Counted from the first letter of the stretch, positions 43,787 through 53,182 are shown. The stretch: 64,000 nucleotides of DNA from Ignavibacteriota bacterium (GCA_963776275.1 CAVZMI010000023.1:288001-352000); one strand, 5' to 3'. Notes: generated from the sequence alone by a model not told the origin. Made by a program: numbers and translations.

Positions 43787-44830
43787 ATGTCAAAATTGCT
43801 TCTTTGTATTGAGCAAGAACCGGTGATCATTGCCGAGGGAGCCGTCATAGAACGGCTGCGAAGAACACCCGGAATTTCCCTCGACCCCCACCTGCTCAAT
43901 TCCGCTCTATTGTATAATGATGAAGGAAAGAAATATCTTGAAGAGATCTATCGTCAATACATCGACTGTGCATATCGCCGAAATCTTCCGATGATCGTTC
44001 TCACTCCTACCTGGCGCGCAAATCCCGAACGAATCTCGCGGGCAGGTTTGCCTACCCGCCAGAGTTCAAAGGATGTCGGCGGGCGTGCCCATGATGTTAA
44101 TAAAGATTGTTACGATTTCCTTGCAGAAATACGATCCGGCTATGGTGAATATGCCAAAAAAATATTTATCGGCGGACTCATGGGCTGTTATGGTGACGCG
44201 TATAAACCCGAAGAGGCATTACCTTCCGGGACAGCACATTTTTTCCACCGGGAACAGGTCCGAGCACTTGCGTCGTCCGGCGTCGATTTTCTTTTAGGGT
44301 CGACACTGCCGGCTTTCAGCGAAGCACTTGGGATGGCACAGGCAATGGCCGATTCGGGGTGTCCGTATATCCTGAGTTTTGTCATTCGTGCAAATTGTAG
44401 ACTCCTTGACGGCACGCTTCTCCCGGATGCGATTAACAATATCGATTCAACAGTATCACCTAAGCCAGCAGGATATATGATCAATTGTGTTCATCCGGAA
44501 ATATTTAGGAAGGCGGTGATGAATGCAGGTCAAGATCAATCCTTCGACTCCCCCTCGACTCATCCCACTACGCGGGACTTGCTCGGGGTCGCTCAGGACA
44601 AGGGTCTAGGTCGAGGGTTGATACATAGTAGAATCCTTGGACTCCAGGCGAACACGTCGCTCAGAAGTCCGGAAGAACTTGACGGCCGGGAAGAGCTCGA
44701 CGTGGAAAATCCGGACAGATTTGGCGAAATGATGGCATCGCTTCATAAAGATTTTTCACTCAAAATACTCGGTGGATGCTGCGGCACGGATGAGCGGCAC
44801 ATAGAGTCCATTGTCAGCTCGCTTACCTAA
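43787..44830 (+). CDS. Homocysteine S-methyltransferase family protein
   Basis: TPTWRAN, INCVHP, ILGGCCGTD. Confidence 0.88.
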   Translation: MSKLLLCIEQEPVIIAEGAVIERLRRTPGISLDPHLLNSALLYNDEGKKYLEEIYRQYIDCAYRRNLPMIVLTPTWRANPERISRAGLPTRQSSKDVGGRAHDVNKDCYDFLAEIRSGYGEYAKKIFIGGLMGCYGDAYKPEEALPSGTAHFFHREQVRALASSGVDFLLGSTLPAFSEALGMAQAMADSGCPYILSFVIRANCRLLDGTLLPDAINNIDSTVSPKPAGYMINCVHPEIFRKAVMNAGQDQSFDSPSTHPTTRDLLGVAQDKGLGRGLIHSRILGLQANTSLRSPEELDGREELDVENPDRFGEMMASLHKDFSLKILGGCCGTDERHIESIVSSLT

Positions 44831-44831
44831 C

Positions 44832-44859
44832 TTGACATTTCGTTAATAATTGTTATTAT
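44832..44859 (+). promoter_or_regulatory. Sigma70 promoter (Pc-like) upstream of cassette array 2
   Basis: TTGACA-N16-TATTAT with TG extension. Confidence 0.6.
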
Positions 44860-44974
44860 ACGATAAAAGCGTTATTCTTTTTCCTCCAGAATCATCAGGA
44901 TAATGCATCGGCTTTTTTAAGAATGGAGCGTGAGATGCTCCACAGTATTTCAGAAACTATGGTTGACTGAGTCA

Positions 44975-44997
44975 ACCTAATCATAAGTTAGAACGCA
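44975..44997 (+). other. attI-like site of cassette array 2
   Basis: ACCTAAT-CATAA-GTTAGAACGCA; the last 11 bp are the exact reverse complement of TGCGTTCTAAC (46210-46220), which closes the cassette. Confidence 0.65.
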
Positions 44998-45031
44998 CCG
45001 ATATACATTCACAAATTCGGAGGATATCGAG

Positions 45032-45745
45032 ATGATCAATGACCTTCATGAACATACTATCGGCATCGCCCTAGGTGTTCGATTCAGGGCTAATTTTTCC
45101 ATTGAAGACCAATTGGGTGGAATAATCGATAAGATCCTATACTCGAAGGACTCATATTTCGGACCAAAAGTCTTCCCACTCGTCTACAACAACCCGAATG
45201 AAAAGGTCCTAATAAACGAGAACACCTTTGACAAACTGATTATCAACAACTCGAACATAATTCTCGAGGCAAACTTACTGGACTCGTTCAAAGGCGAGAC
45301 CATAGAAACGATACTCTCGAAATTCAACTCTCAAATTATAGACGGTGTCTTAAGGAACTACCGAGTCACCGAAATAAACCGCATTGGATTCATCCACAGA
45401 TACTTGTTTAAAATAGAGGATCTTGCTAAAACTTTTGTAAATAAAACGATCGGTGCTACTATCGAGGGAATTAACGACATAAATGTTCGCTTTACAAAAA
45501 AAATCCCGCTACCCGAGGCTATGGTAAAAAAGGACGTCAGTGATTACTTGAACGTCATCTTCAACGTTATCAAGCAGGCAGACCGAAACGAACTATTTGT
45601 ATCGGTTGACTTCCAGAAGTTATTCGATCCTTTCCTGACTTCTTCTTCTCAAATCGACTTTGATGATTTCACTAAGTTAGCACGCTCTTTCAATTCCAAG
45701 AGTTTCTTGGGTTGGTTCAATCAAAACTATGGGGTACTCAAATGA
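45032..45745 (+). CDS. Hypothetical cassette protein (TIGR04255-like fold suspected)
   Basis: GGAGG RBS; INRIGFIHRY and FVSVDFQ strands; first gene of a two-gene cassette. Confidence 0.65.
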   Translation: MINDLHEHTIGIALGVRFRANFSIEDQLGGIIDKILYSKDSYFGPKVFPLVYNNPNEKVLINENTFDKLIINNSNIILEANLLDSFKGETIETILSKFNSQIIDGVLRNYRVTEINRIGFIHRYLFKIEDLAKTFVNKTIGATIEGINDINVRFTKKIPLPEAMVKKDVSDYLNVIFNVIKQADRNELFVSVDFQKLFDPFLTSSSQIDFDDFTKLARSFNSKSFLGWFNQNYGVLK

Positions 45746-46182
45746 AATCAAGAAGCAGCCATACCGGTAAATCCATCGCGGACAAAGATTACTATGCAAG
45801 AGCCATCAGGAAGATGGAAGCCGAGCCCACCGTGGATGAAGCAGTTACTTTCTCTCAGACTGACGATACGCATCGAGATTTTAGCGTTCCCACGTCACGA
45901 AACAGAAGACCAGAGCCTGTTTTTTATCAGATTTCAGAGCACTTCAGAGAGAACTGGGTGAAATGGGTTCTCGCTGTTGCTGGGTTTGCATTGATGTATT
46001 TAATGGGCGATTCAAGAGCAACAATCACAGGCATCGACACCAAAGTGCAATATATTCAGGAGGACATAAAAGATCTAAAACAATCCAACCGCGAGAATTT
46101 ACAAAAGATTCAGAATCAGGAACTCCAAGTTCAAAAAAGCGAAATGCGCATCGAAAATCTCGAGAAGAAAAAGAGACCATAG
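45742..46182 (+). CDS. Hypothetical single-TM coiled-coil protein
   Basis: ATGA overlap with the upstream gene; WVKWVLAVAGFALMYLM followed by heptad repeats. Confidence 0.65.
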   Translation: MKSRSSHTGKSIADKDYYARAIRKMEAEPTVDEAVTFSQTDDTHRDFSVPTSRNRRPEPVFYQISEHFRENWVKWVLAVAGFALMYLMGDSRATITGIDTKVQYIQEDIKDLKQSNRENLQKIQNQELQVQKSEMRIENLEKKKRP

Positions 46183-46213
46183 CCATCACACGAAACAACT
46201 TTTCGCCGTTGCG

Positions 46214-46433
46214 TTCTAACCGGTCGCTCAAGCTGACGTAATGAGCGCCCGCCTTCGTTATAAAACAAACTACAGCGGGCAGGTGGTTAAGCATGGCGCG
46301 CATAGGTCTTGTACAAAATTGAAAGCGCAGTAAATGAACTTGGTTCTTGTAGTACATTTTGAAAGTTATCGTTGCGGCTGCTCGTTTTTTGCGTCCCGCG
46401 CTTTTTGCGGGGCTTAGCCGCCATCCGTTAGTT
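46214..46433 (+). repeat. Long attC-like site (220 bp)
   Basis: TTCTAAC-CGGTCGCTCAAGCTGAC ... GCTTAGCCGCCATCC-GTTAGTT. Confidence 0.85.
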
Positions 46434-46469
46434 GGTGCCCATTCCATCATTTACATAAGGAGGACACTG

Positions 46470-46913
46470 ATGCCCCATCCCAAGAATCAACTCTATGTCT
46501 ACCTTTTCAATCGTATTGATAGCTCAATCGATAAAGGATATTTCCTTGAGTCTTCTTGGATTGCATATGCTATCATTGAAGACAGGTTAGATTCCATTCT
46601 TGTCAAGGTCACAAATTATAAGGGGCGTTTGATAAGTCGCAAATTGGAATACTTATCCCGCATTTCAAATCCATTTGTTCGCACCGAGTTCCCAGCTGAT
46701 TTTATTAAGAGAATTAACAATTGGACAAACCGCAGAAATAATCTGACACATGAGATGGCGAATGCACGCCTTTCAATTCAACAAATCACTGATCGCTCAA
46801 AGCAGATCGCACTTGAAGGAGAAAAGCTTGCGCATGACGTGTCAAGTGCCGTAATGCGGGCGAAAAAGCATCTGAAGAAAAAAAGTCGCCAGCCAACCAA
46901 CGACTCAAGCTAA
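46470..46913 (+). CDS. Small HEPN-like protein
   Basis: AAGGAGG RBS; YAIIEDRL and RRNNLTH (RxxxxH). Confidence 0.7.
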   Translation: MPHPKNQLYVYLFNRIDSSIDKGYFLESSWIAYAIIEDRLDSILVKVTNYKGRLISRKLEYLSRISNPFVRTEFPADFIKRINNWTNRRNNLTHEMANARLSIQQITDRSKQIALEGEKLAHDVSSAVMRAKKHLKKKSRQPTNDSS

Positions 46914-47072
46914 CCGAATGAGTCCCGCAAAAAATACAAGGCAAGCTGTGCGCGCAAAATTAATGGCGCTCAAAGGTCTGGTGTAATTTGAGAGTCATCT
47001 TCGTAAAACTCGGTTTGTGTAGTACATTATTCTTAAATTTCATTGTGGCAAATTAGCCATCATCTGTTAGGC
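46891..47072 (+). repeat. Long attC-like site (182 bp)
   Basis: AGCCAAC-CAACGACTCAAGCTAAC ... TTAGCCATCATCT-GTTAGGC. Confidence 0.75.
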
Positions 47073-47094
47073 GGCTGATATTCTGGAAGAATAT

Positions 47095-48141
47095 ATGGCA
47101 TCTCAATATGAAAACAGAACTAGTCCTGCATATGCCGATGTAATGCGCGGGTTAGTCAAGCCCTCTATGGCAAACAATCGGTTTATCTTAAAATGGTGGA
47201 CAACAAAACATGATGAACTTATCAAACAACAAATGTCAAAGTGGCAATGGTATTGGTTCCACTATATAAAGGATGAAGTTATCCTGCACACAGATTCTTC
47301 AATTATCGAGCATTGGAAGCGCGAAGATCCTGCATGCCGACGCGGTATAGGGACAGGTGCATGGTATAACGTCCTTGAATTTTTTGCATATGCGCGTGCT
47401 GAACAGATGAATCTAATAGGTTTAGTACGAGAACCAAAATGGAAATTGTGTCCATTATGTAATAACAAGTTCTTGGAAAATTCTCTCCCTGAACCACTTG
47501 CCAAAAAGCTTGGAGTAGATGGACTTGATTTTTGCGCTCCTTGTCTTACACCCAAAATTTTGCAAAGTACGGGAAACGACATTTTGACAAAAGAAGAGGT
47601 AAAGGAATATTTAAGGAAGTTATCCTCCATAATTCAAGCGATACCACACCAAGGATTTGGTGAAGGAGAGGAGGATATATTATACTTGAATTATGAACAA
47701 CGACTAGCAGCCCTGCAATTAATGTCGAATAAGCCATCAACGAAACACGTTAAGAAATTGTTTCTTTCTTGGCTTCATGCGTTGATAGAATCTGATATAC
47801 TCGAGGATGGAACGAGAAAAACAAGTCGAGGAACGATGTGTTTAGCAAAAGATGGTCATGCATGCCGCTCTCTCGCGGAGAAAACATTAGATGATTTTCT
47901 CTTTAATCATAGTGTCCCACATACACGCGAACCGTATTATCCAAATTCCAATTATCGTGCAGACTTCGATGTTAAAGGCGTGTATATAGAATACTTCGGA
48001 TTAATGGGAAATTATTTATATGACCAAAAGATCCAAGAGAAAAAGAAAATCGCTAAAGAAGTTGGTATTCGAATGATTCCTATTTATCCAAAGAACCTAT
48101 TAAATACCGTCTGGCTGAGTGAGACACTTCTTTCTATATGA
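47095..48141 (+). CDS. Zn-finger plus PD-(D/E)xK nuclease-like protein
   Basis: CPLC...CAPC; F.SW..AL repeat-like motif; RSLAEK.LDDFL...RADF...IEYFG. Confidence 0.7.
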   Translation: MASQYENRTSPAYADVMRGLVKPSMANNRFILKWWTTKHDELIKQQMSKWQWYWFHYIKDEVILHTDSSIIEHWKREDPACRRGIGTGAWYNVLEFFAYARAEQMNLIGLVREPKWKLCPLCNNKFLENSLPEPLAKKLGVDGLDFCAPCLTPKILQSTGNDILTKEEVKEYLRKLSSIIQAIPHQGFGEGEEDILYLNYEQRLAALQLMSNKPSTKHVKKLFLSWLHALIESDILEDGTRKTSRGTMCLAKDGHACRSLAEKTLDDFLFNHSVPHTREPYYPNSNYRADFDVKGVYIEYFGLMGNYLYDQKIQEKKKIAKEVGIRMIPIYPKNLLNTVWLSETLLSI

Positions 48142-48150
48142 TTTGTTTTG

Positions 48151-48292
48151 CAGCCGCCTCCTAAGTAACTCATGAGTAGGAGTGCGTGGGCAGTGGTACA
48201 TGTTAAGTTATCGCCTGCTCGCCGGCCTGTCCGCCGTAGTGAAACGAAGGCGGAAGTGTTATTCACGTAGGCGTAGCGACCATCCATTAGTT
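48151..48292 (+). repeat. Degenerate attC with REP insert
   Basis: CAGCCGCCT is complementary to the cassette start AGGCGGCTG (47069-47077); ends CCATCC-ATTAGTT (GTT changed to ATT). Confidence 0.6.
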
Positions 48293-48304
48293 AACAAGGG
48301 AAAA

Positions 48305-48769
48305 ATGAAAAAGAAATTATTATATTTTACACTACTTGCATTCTCAATATTTATTTTAATATGCGGATGCAATAAGAAAGAAATTAATTCACCCAATTCT
48401 ATGTCAATTGAATATCTTTCTTTTCAAGGCAATGGTTGTACTTCTTCAAATGTTTTATCAAAAACTAATGACGAAGCAGTTTTGAATTGGCAGTACGTGA
48501 ATGGCGTTCTTCAAATAGGCGTATTATTTAGTGCTCAATGTGTTGCTTCTATGAAGGATAGTGTTCTGGTATCAAATAATATCATTGATATATACCTTTC
48601 GGATACAAGTAGTGTTAGAGCTAAATGTAATTGTCCCTACAAAGTGATATTTAATTTTAGAGTAGAAGGAAATAATGAAATAAAAATATCATTTTATTAT
48701 AAACCTCAATCAGAATATTATTTGTTAGCTGATACAACCTTGATATTAATTGATTTACATGTTCGTTAG
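48305..48769 (+). CDS. Hypothetical lipoprotein
   Basis: MKKKLLYF...ICGC lipobox; low GC. Confidence 0.7.
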   Translation: MKKKLLYFTLLAFSIFILICGCNKKEINSPNSMSIEYLSFQGNGCTSSNVLSKTNDEAVLNWQYVNGVLQIGVLFSAQCVASMKDSVLVSNNIIDIYLSDTSSVRAKCNCPYKVIFNFRVEGNNEIKISFYYKPQSEYYLLADTTLILIDLHVR

Positions 48770-48794
48770 GGTTTTCACTTTTTATTATTTTGCG

Positions 48795-48918
48795 GTATAA
48801 CCAGCGGCTCCCCGCAAACAATACGGGGTTTCACACAAAACGTTCAACAAGCTGACCCCGACCAAGAGTGTGTCGGAGCGGCCCGCCACAAAACTGGCGG
48901 GTAAACCATCCGTCAGAT
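48795..48918 (+). repeat. Degenerate attC with a 38-nt insert
   Basis: GTATAAC-CAGCGGCT[38 nt]CAAGCTGAC ... CCATCC-GTCAGAT. Confidence 0.65.
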
Positions 48919-48944
48919 GTAAAAGGAAATTAGCAGGAGGAAAT

Positions 48945-49682
48945 ATGAAATATTTAATTCTTCTTTTAACTTCTCTTTTGTTTTTATCTTGTTCAGATGA
49001 ACAAATAGTAAATCCAATTTTATTCCCAATTGATGAAGCAACAATTGGCGTCAGGAGCAAAATATTCTATCCTTCACTGGAATCGAATCAGATATTAAGC
49101 ATAGAGGATTTTGAATATAATATTAATGGTCAATTACAAAAAAAGATTTATTATAGCGGTAATAGGGAAATGATTTCACATTACGAGCTTTTCAACTATG
49201 ATAACAATGGAAAGCTTATATACAAATTGAATTTTCACAATAACATAAATTCTCCGACGGGATTTATTCTTCTGGATTCTACTATTTATTTATATTCTGC
49301 AAATTTACTTACTACAGAAAAAATAACTTATCCTTATGCAAGTTACGATATACTATACAACTTTGAATATGATGGAAAATATCTTATAAAAAAAACAAAA
49401 TATCATAACGAGGAATTAGAATCGTACATTATTTATAATTATAAAGATGGTATAATTCACAAGGAAATAATTTACTATAAGAATAATAGCATAACTGAAT
49501 CAAAAGAATATAAATATAAAAATGCAGTTTTAGTGGAAACAGTTTACTATGCCTCGAATAATGAAGCGAAGAGAAGAATAAGCTATAGTTACAATAATAA
49601 TGGAAAAATAGTAATAGAAAAAGTCGATGAACTTTTCGCTTATAGTTCGTCATTACCATACGTGGTAAAATATGAGTATTAA
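48945..49682 (+). CDS. Tyr-rich repeat (YD-like) lipoprotein
   Basis: GGAGG RBS; LFLSC lipobox; repeated Y.Y..NG.L. Confidence 0.7.
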   Translation: MKYLILLLTSLLFLSCSDEQIVNPILFPIDEATIGVRSKIFYPSLESNQILSIEDFEYNINGQLQKKIYYSGNREMISHYELFNYDNNGKLIYKLNFHNNINSPTGFILLDSTIYLYSANLLTTEKITYPYASYDILYNFEYDGKYLIKKTKYHNEELESYIIYNYKDGIIHKEIIYYKNNSITESKEYKYKNAVLVETVYYASNNEAKRRISYSYNNNGKIVIEKVDELFAYSSSLPYVVKYEY

Positions 49683-49730
49683 AACGTATTGGTGCCGTAG
49701 TCCTAAAGGACTGCTATGCTGAGGTTAACC

Positions 49731-49789
49731 GCTCTATCCGCCAGAGTGTTATTCACGTAGGCGGAGCGGCCATCCGTTAGGCGGCAATT
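49731..49789 (+). repeat. Right half of an attC with REP insert
   Basis: GCGGCCATCC-GTTAGGCGGCAATT; shares AGTGTTATTCACGTAGGCG with the site near 48256. Confidence 0.65.
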
Positions 49790-49844
49790 CATAAATCCTG
49801 GCGGTTACATGACAAATAAAATCAACAATCTCGAAGGACGTACA

Positions 49845-50486
49845 ATGAAAGCTCGCATTCTTCTTCTTATAATTATCACGTTCTTTTTTGTCCTGATTTC
49901 TGAAGCACAAATCAGAGTTGGCCTACAGACAGGTCTGAATTTGGGGAGCTTAACATTACCAGACAATCTTGCCTCTAATGCTACAAGGAAAAATCTTACC
50001 GGTTTCACTATTGGAGGCGTTGGTGAACTTGCTCTTACAAATTCAATTTATCTTCAAATTGAACCTCGCTATATACAAAAAGGCTTCAAATCAGAGATTA
50101 CAGATGCTACAGGCACGGCAAAGGGAACTGAGACTATCAATTATTTTGAGTTGCCCATCCTAATCAAAGTAGAGTTTGGAGGGTCTTACTTACGGTCATT
50201 TGTTCTTGCAGGACCAAATATTGGCTTTTTGCTTTCAGCCTCTGAGGAAGTTATTGATTTTAGTGGACAGTCATTTCCTGTGCTCGACACTAAATCAAAT
50301 TACAAATCATACGATGTTGCTCTTGATTTCGGTGCAGGCGTAGAATACAGAATAACATCAACTCTTTCCTTGTTTTCTTCCGGACGATATTCTCTCGGTC
50401 TTGTAAATGTCTATGATGTTCCTGGTTATTCAGGAGAAACACGCGGTATCCAAATATATATTGGTGCGTTATTTAGTCTGGATTAA
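49845..50486 (+). CDS. Outer-membrane beta-barrel (PorT-like) protein
   Basis: Signal peptide; EPRYIQKG, YFELPILIK, AGPNIG, GAGVEY. Confidence 0.8.
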   Translation: MKARILLLIIITFFFVLISEAQIRVGLQTGLNLGSLTLPDNLASNATRKNLTGFTIGGVGELALTNSIYLQIEPRYIQKGFKSEITDATGTAKGTETINYFELPILIKVEFGGSYLRSFVLAGPNIGFLLSASEEVIDFSGQSFPVLDTKSNYKSYDVALDFGAGVEYRITSTLSLFSSGRYSLGLVNVYDVPGYSGETRGIQIYIGALFSLD

Positions 50487-50515
50487 TTGCCGCCTATCCA
50501 ACGTATCAAGCTGAT
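50485..50515 (+). repeat. Left half of an attC (truncated)
   Basis: AATTGCCGCCTATC is 13/14 complementary to the cassette start at 49776-49789, followed by TCAAGCTGA. Confidence 0.65.
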
Positions 50516-50561
50516 GTAAGGAGCTGGGATACTTTAAGCATGGCAATCTTAGGAGGAATCT

Positions 50562-51482
50562 ATGAAGCATCATTCAGGAAAGAGGATAAACATAAACCTA
50601 GTCAAATATTCCATAATCGGTCTCGCAATAATACTGGTCTTTGTATTCTTATCTTTCTTCGCAAAGCAATTCTCAAAAACTAATCTGACAGTTGGTTGGG
50701 GCGACAGGAAAATATCGATTGAGACGGCCGGTCTAACAAATGCGGTGACTGCATCAAAAGAGACTTATATTGACTCGGAAATAGGATTTGCTTTTACTAA
50801 ACCAGAAAATATTTCCATAAGGATTGAACCGCCACTTATCGGGATTCGAAGTTATCTTAACTCTGATGGCGGAAACGTGAGTGAAAAGGAGTTTACTCAA
50901 ATTATCTCGGATGCCGGTGGATACTATGGCAAAGGAGAAATAGGTAATATGCTTGAAAACATGAAATGCTTTAGGTTCATTGTTGGTGAACCTATCTCGG
51001 TTGAACTGACTGATCAATCAACAAGCGACTATCTTGAATGGGTAATCCCAGGACTTGTGCAACAAAATAAGCTGCAAAAGAAAGATATTCCAAACTTTAG
51101 AAAGCAACAATTCGGAAATATGCCTGCCACTTTATCGAATTCCTTCTCAATTACAGTATTTAAAAAGAGCTATTTAGAAAGTCTTCCTTTTAAATATAAT
51201 ATTGTCCGGCTTGTCCTTGAAAGTAGTCATTCGATGCGAGCCTGGGTGAAAAGCATCGCGGCGGATGATAGGGCTACGCTTACTGCGCTAACCGTAGACA
51301 TAAAGAACATAAAGGTGAACGGATTAATCAAGGATTTGCAAATTGAAAAAATGTCTTTGTACACAGAGAATAGTAAATATTTCTTCCACGTAGAGTCTTC
51401 ATATTCCCCTCAAACAAACAGTCCCGAAATCGTTTGGAAAGTGCTGGAAGAAATGATTCATTCGTTTCGGGCAGCGATTTAG
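50562..51482 (+). CDS. Hypothetical membrane-anchored protein
   Basis: AGGAGG RBS; N-terminal TM helix. Confidence 0.7.
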   Translation: MKHHSGKRININLVKYSIIGLAIILVFVFLSFFAKQFSKTNLTVGWGDRKISIETAGLTNAVTASKETYIDSEIGFAFTKPENISIRIEPPLIGIRSYLNSDGGNVSEKEFTQIISDAGGYYGKGEIGNMLENMKCFRFIVGEPISVELTDQSTSDYLEWVIPGLVQQNKLQKKDIPNFRKQQFGNMPATLSNSFSITVFKKSYLESLPFKYNIVRLVLESSHSMRAWVKSIAADDRATLTALTVDIKNIKVNGLIKDLQIEKMSLYTENSKYFFHVESSYSPQTNSPEIVWKVLEEMIHSFRAAI

Positions 51483-51676
51483 GGATGGCTGAGCGGCTAC
51501 CTCTGCGCGATGAATAAAAGCATCGGCTGACGGGCAAAGCTGTCCCAATAAACGCTCCGTTGAAAAGCACATGGTAAATTGTTACATTTAGCATGGCGAG
51601 TATATGTACATTGCAGATTAATCTTAAGAGCAGATGATCGAGTTTTTTGAAAAAAAATAAAAGAAAGGGTAATGCC

Positions 51677-52915
51677 ATGTGCCTCAATACGATAAGAAAC
51701 AAATTATCAAGCCTTATATTGATAGTATTTGCTTTGGTGGCGGCAGGTTGTTGCCCATCTCCCACCGGACCATCAGAAATACCGGGCGCAGCGACCATTG
51801 ATTTAAACGTCCCTCAGCAGCTTATCAGGGGCTTTGGCGGCGTAAATATGCCCGGATGGATTCCCGATTTGACTTCTAATCAAGTCCAGACGGCTTTTGG
51901 CACCGGGACCGGTCAAATTGGTCTGACCATACTGCGCATTCGCGTCTCTTACGATTCGATGGAATTTAATCTGGAAGTTCCCACTGCACTGCTGGCAAAA
52001 TCGCTCGGAGCAACAATATTTGCATCACCCTGGACACCTCCGGCTTCAATGAAAACAAACAATAATATCGCAGGAGGCGCTCTCGATACTAATTATTATG
52101 CGGCTTATGCGGCCCATTTAAAATCTTTCGCCGATTATATGTCAAACAACGGCGTTCCTTTATATGCCGTATCGGTTCAGAACGAACCAGATTACTCGGC
52201 AACATATGAAACCTGCGTTTGGACCCCATCACAATTGCTCAAGTTTGTCAAAAATAATGTGCAGACAATCGGCACCAGAATCATCGTACCCGAAGTGGGA
52301 AATTTCGATCATGCATTTTCCGACCCTATACTCAACGATCCTGTCGCCGCAGCGAATGTATCCATCATCGGCGGACACATTTACGGAGGAGGGCTCACAA
52401 GTTATCCTCTGGCCATCAGCAAAGGTAAAGAGGTATGGATGACCGAACATTGTGATACTGCCAGAACATGGACTGCTATTCTCGGAACAGCCAAAGAAAT
52501 TAATGATTGTATGAATGCGGACATGAACGCTTACGTGTGGTGGTATATCAGAAGGTTTTACGGCCTGATCGACGACAACAGTAACATCACCAAACGAGGT
52601 TATGTAATGTCTCAATATGCTAAATTCATTCGTCCGGGATTCTATAGGGTAAGTGCTACAGCCAATCCTCAGACAAATGTCGATGTCACTGCATATAAAA
52701 AAGGCTCCAAGGTGGTCATCGTTGCTTTAAACAGAAATTCATCTTCAACCGATCAAACATTTACGATCTGGAACGGGGCACCATATATGACGTTTACGCC
52801 CTATATCACATCAAGTACTAAGAATTGTGCACAGGGAAGTGATATTGCCGTACCAAACGGTAGTTTTACCGTTACTCTTGATTCATCTAGTGTGACGACT
52901 TTCGTGTTGAACTAA
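51677..52915 (+). CDS. GH30 (subfamily 8-like) glucuronoarabinoxylan endo-xylanase lipoprotein, copy 1
   Basis: IRGFGG, ASPWTPP, SVQNEPD (acid/base), WMTEH (nucleophile), AYVWWYIRR; lipobox AAGC. Confidence 0.9.
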   Translation: MCLNTIRNKLSSLILIVFALVAAGCCPSPTGPSEIPGAATIDLNVPQQLIRGFGGVNMPGWIPDLTSNQVQTAFGTGTGQIGLTILRIRVSYDSMEFNLEVPTALLAKSLGATIFASPWTPPASMKTNNNIAGGALDTNYYAAYAAHLKSFADYMSNNGVPLYAVSVQNEPDYSATYETCVWTPSQLLKFVKNNVQTIGTRIIVPEVGNFDHAFSDPILNDPVAAANVSIIGGHIYGGGLTSYPLAISKGKEVWMTEHCDTARTWTAILGTAKEINDCMNADMNAYVWWYIRRFYGLIDDNSNITKRGYVMSQYAKFIRPGFYRVSATANPQTNVDVTAYKKGSKVVIVALNRNSSSTDQTFTIWNGAPYMTFTPYITSSTKNCAQGSDIAVPNGSFTVTLDSSSVTTFVLN

Positions 52916-52952
52916 AAGTTAAGACAATACGTTTGTGTTGTTTCGATAAATC

Positions 52953-52983
52953 ATCTCCTTGCTTTATCCAAAGGCAAGGAGAT
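52953..52983 (+). terminator. Hairpin after GH30 copy 1 (repeated at 54594-54624)
   Basis: ATCTCCTTGC...GCAAGGAGAT. Confidence 0.55.
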
Positions 52984-53182
52984 TCTGTCCTCTACGGTAG
53001 TTAGACTTCCGTGTAGAAGATTCTGTGGCCGGCGGATGCTTTATAGTAAGAGTCAATGATCAGACTGGAGAAGCACAAGTCATATAGGGACATGAAATAT
53101 TTGCCGCTTAGCCAGTCCCTCCCCACAAATAACACGTGATTCCACATAAAACGTTCAACAAGCTAACGGAATGAACGCCTAA

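Noticed and set aside
44987-50515. Recurring motifs as a CRISPR array
   Set aside because: Repeats are separated by whole genes, have attC core geometry, and no cas genes are present
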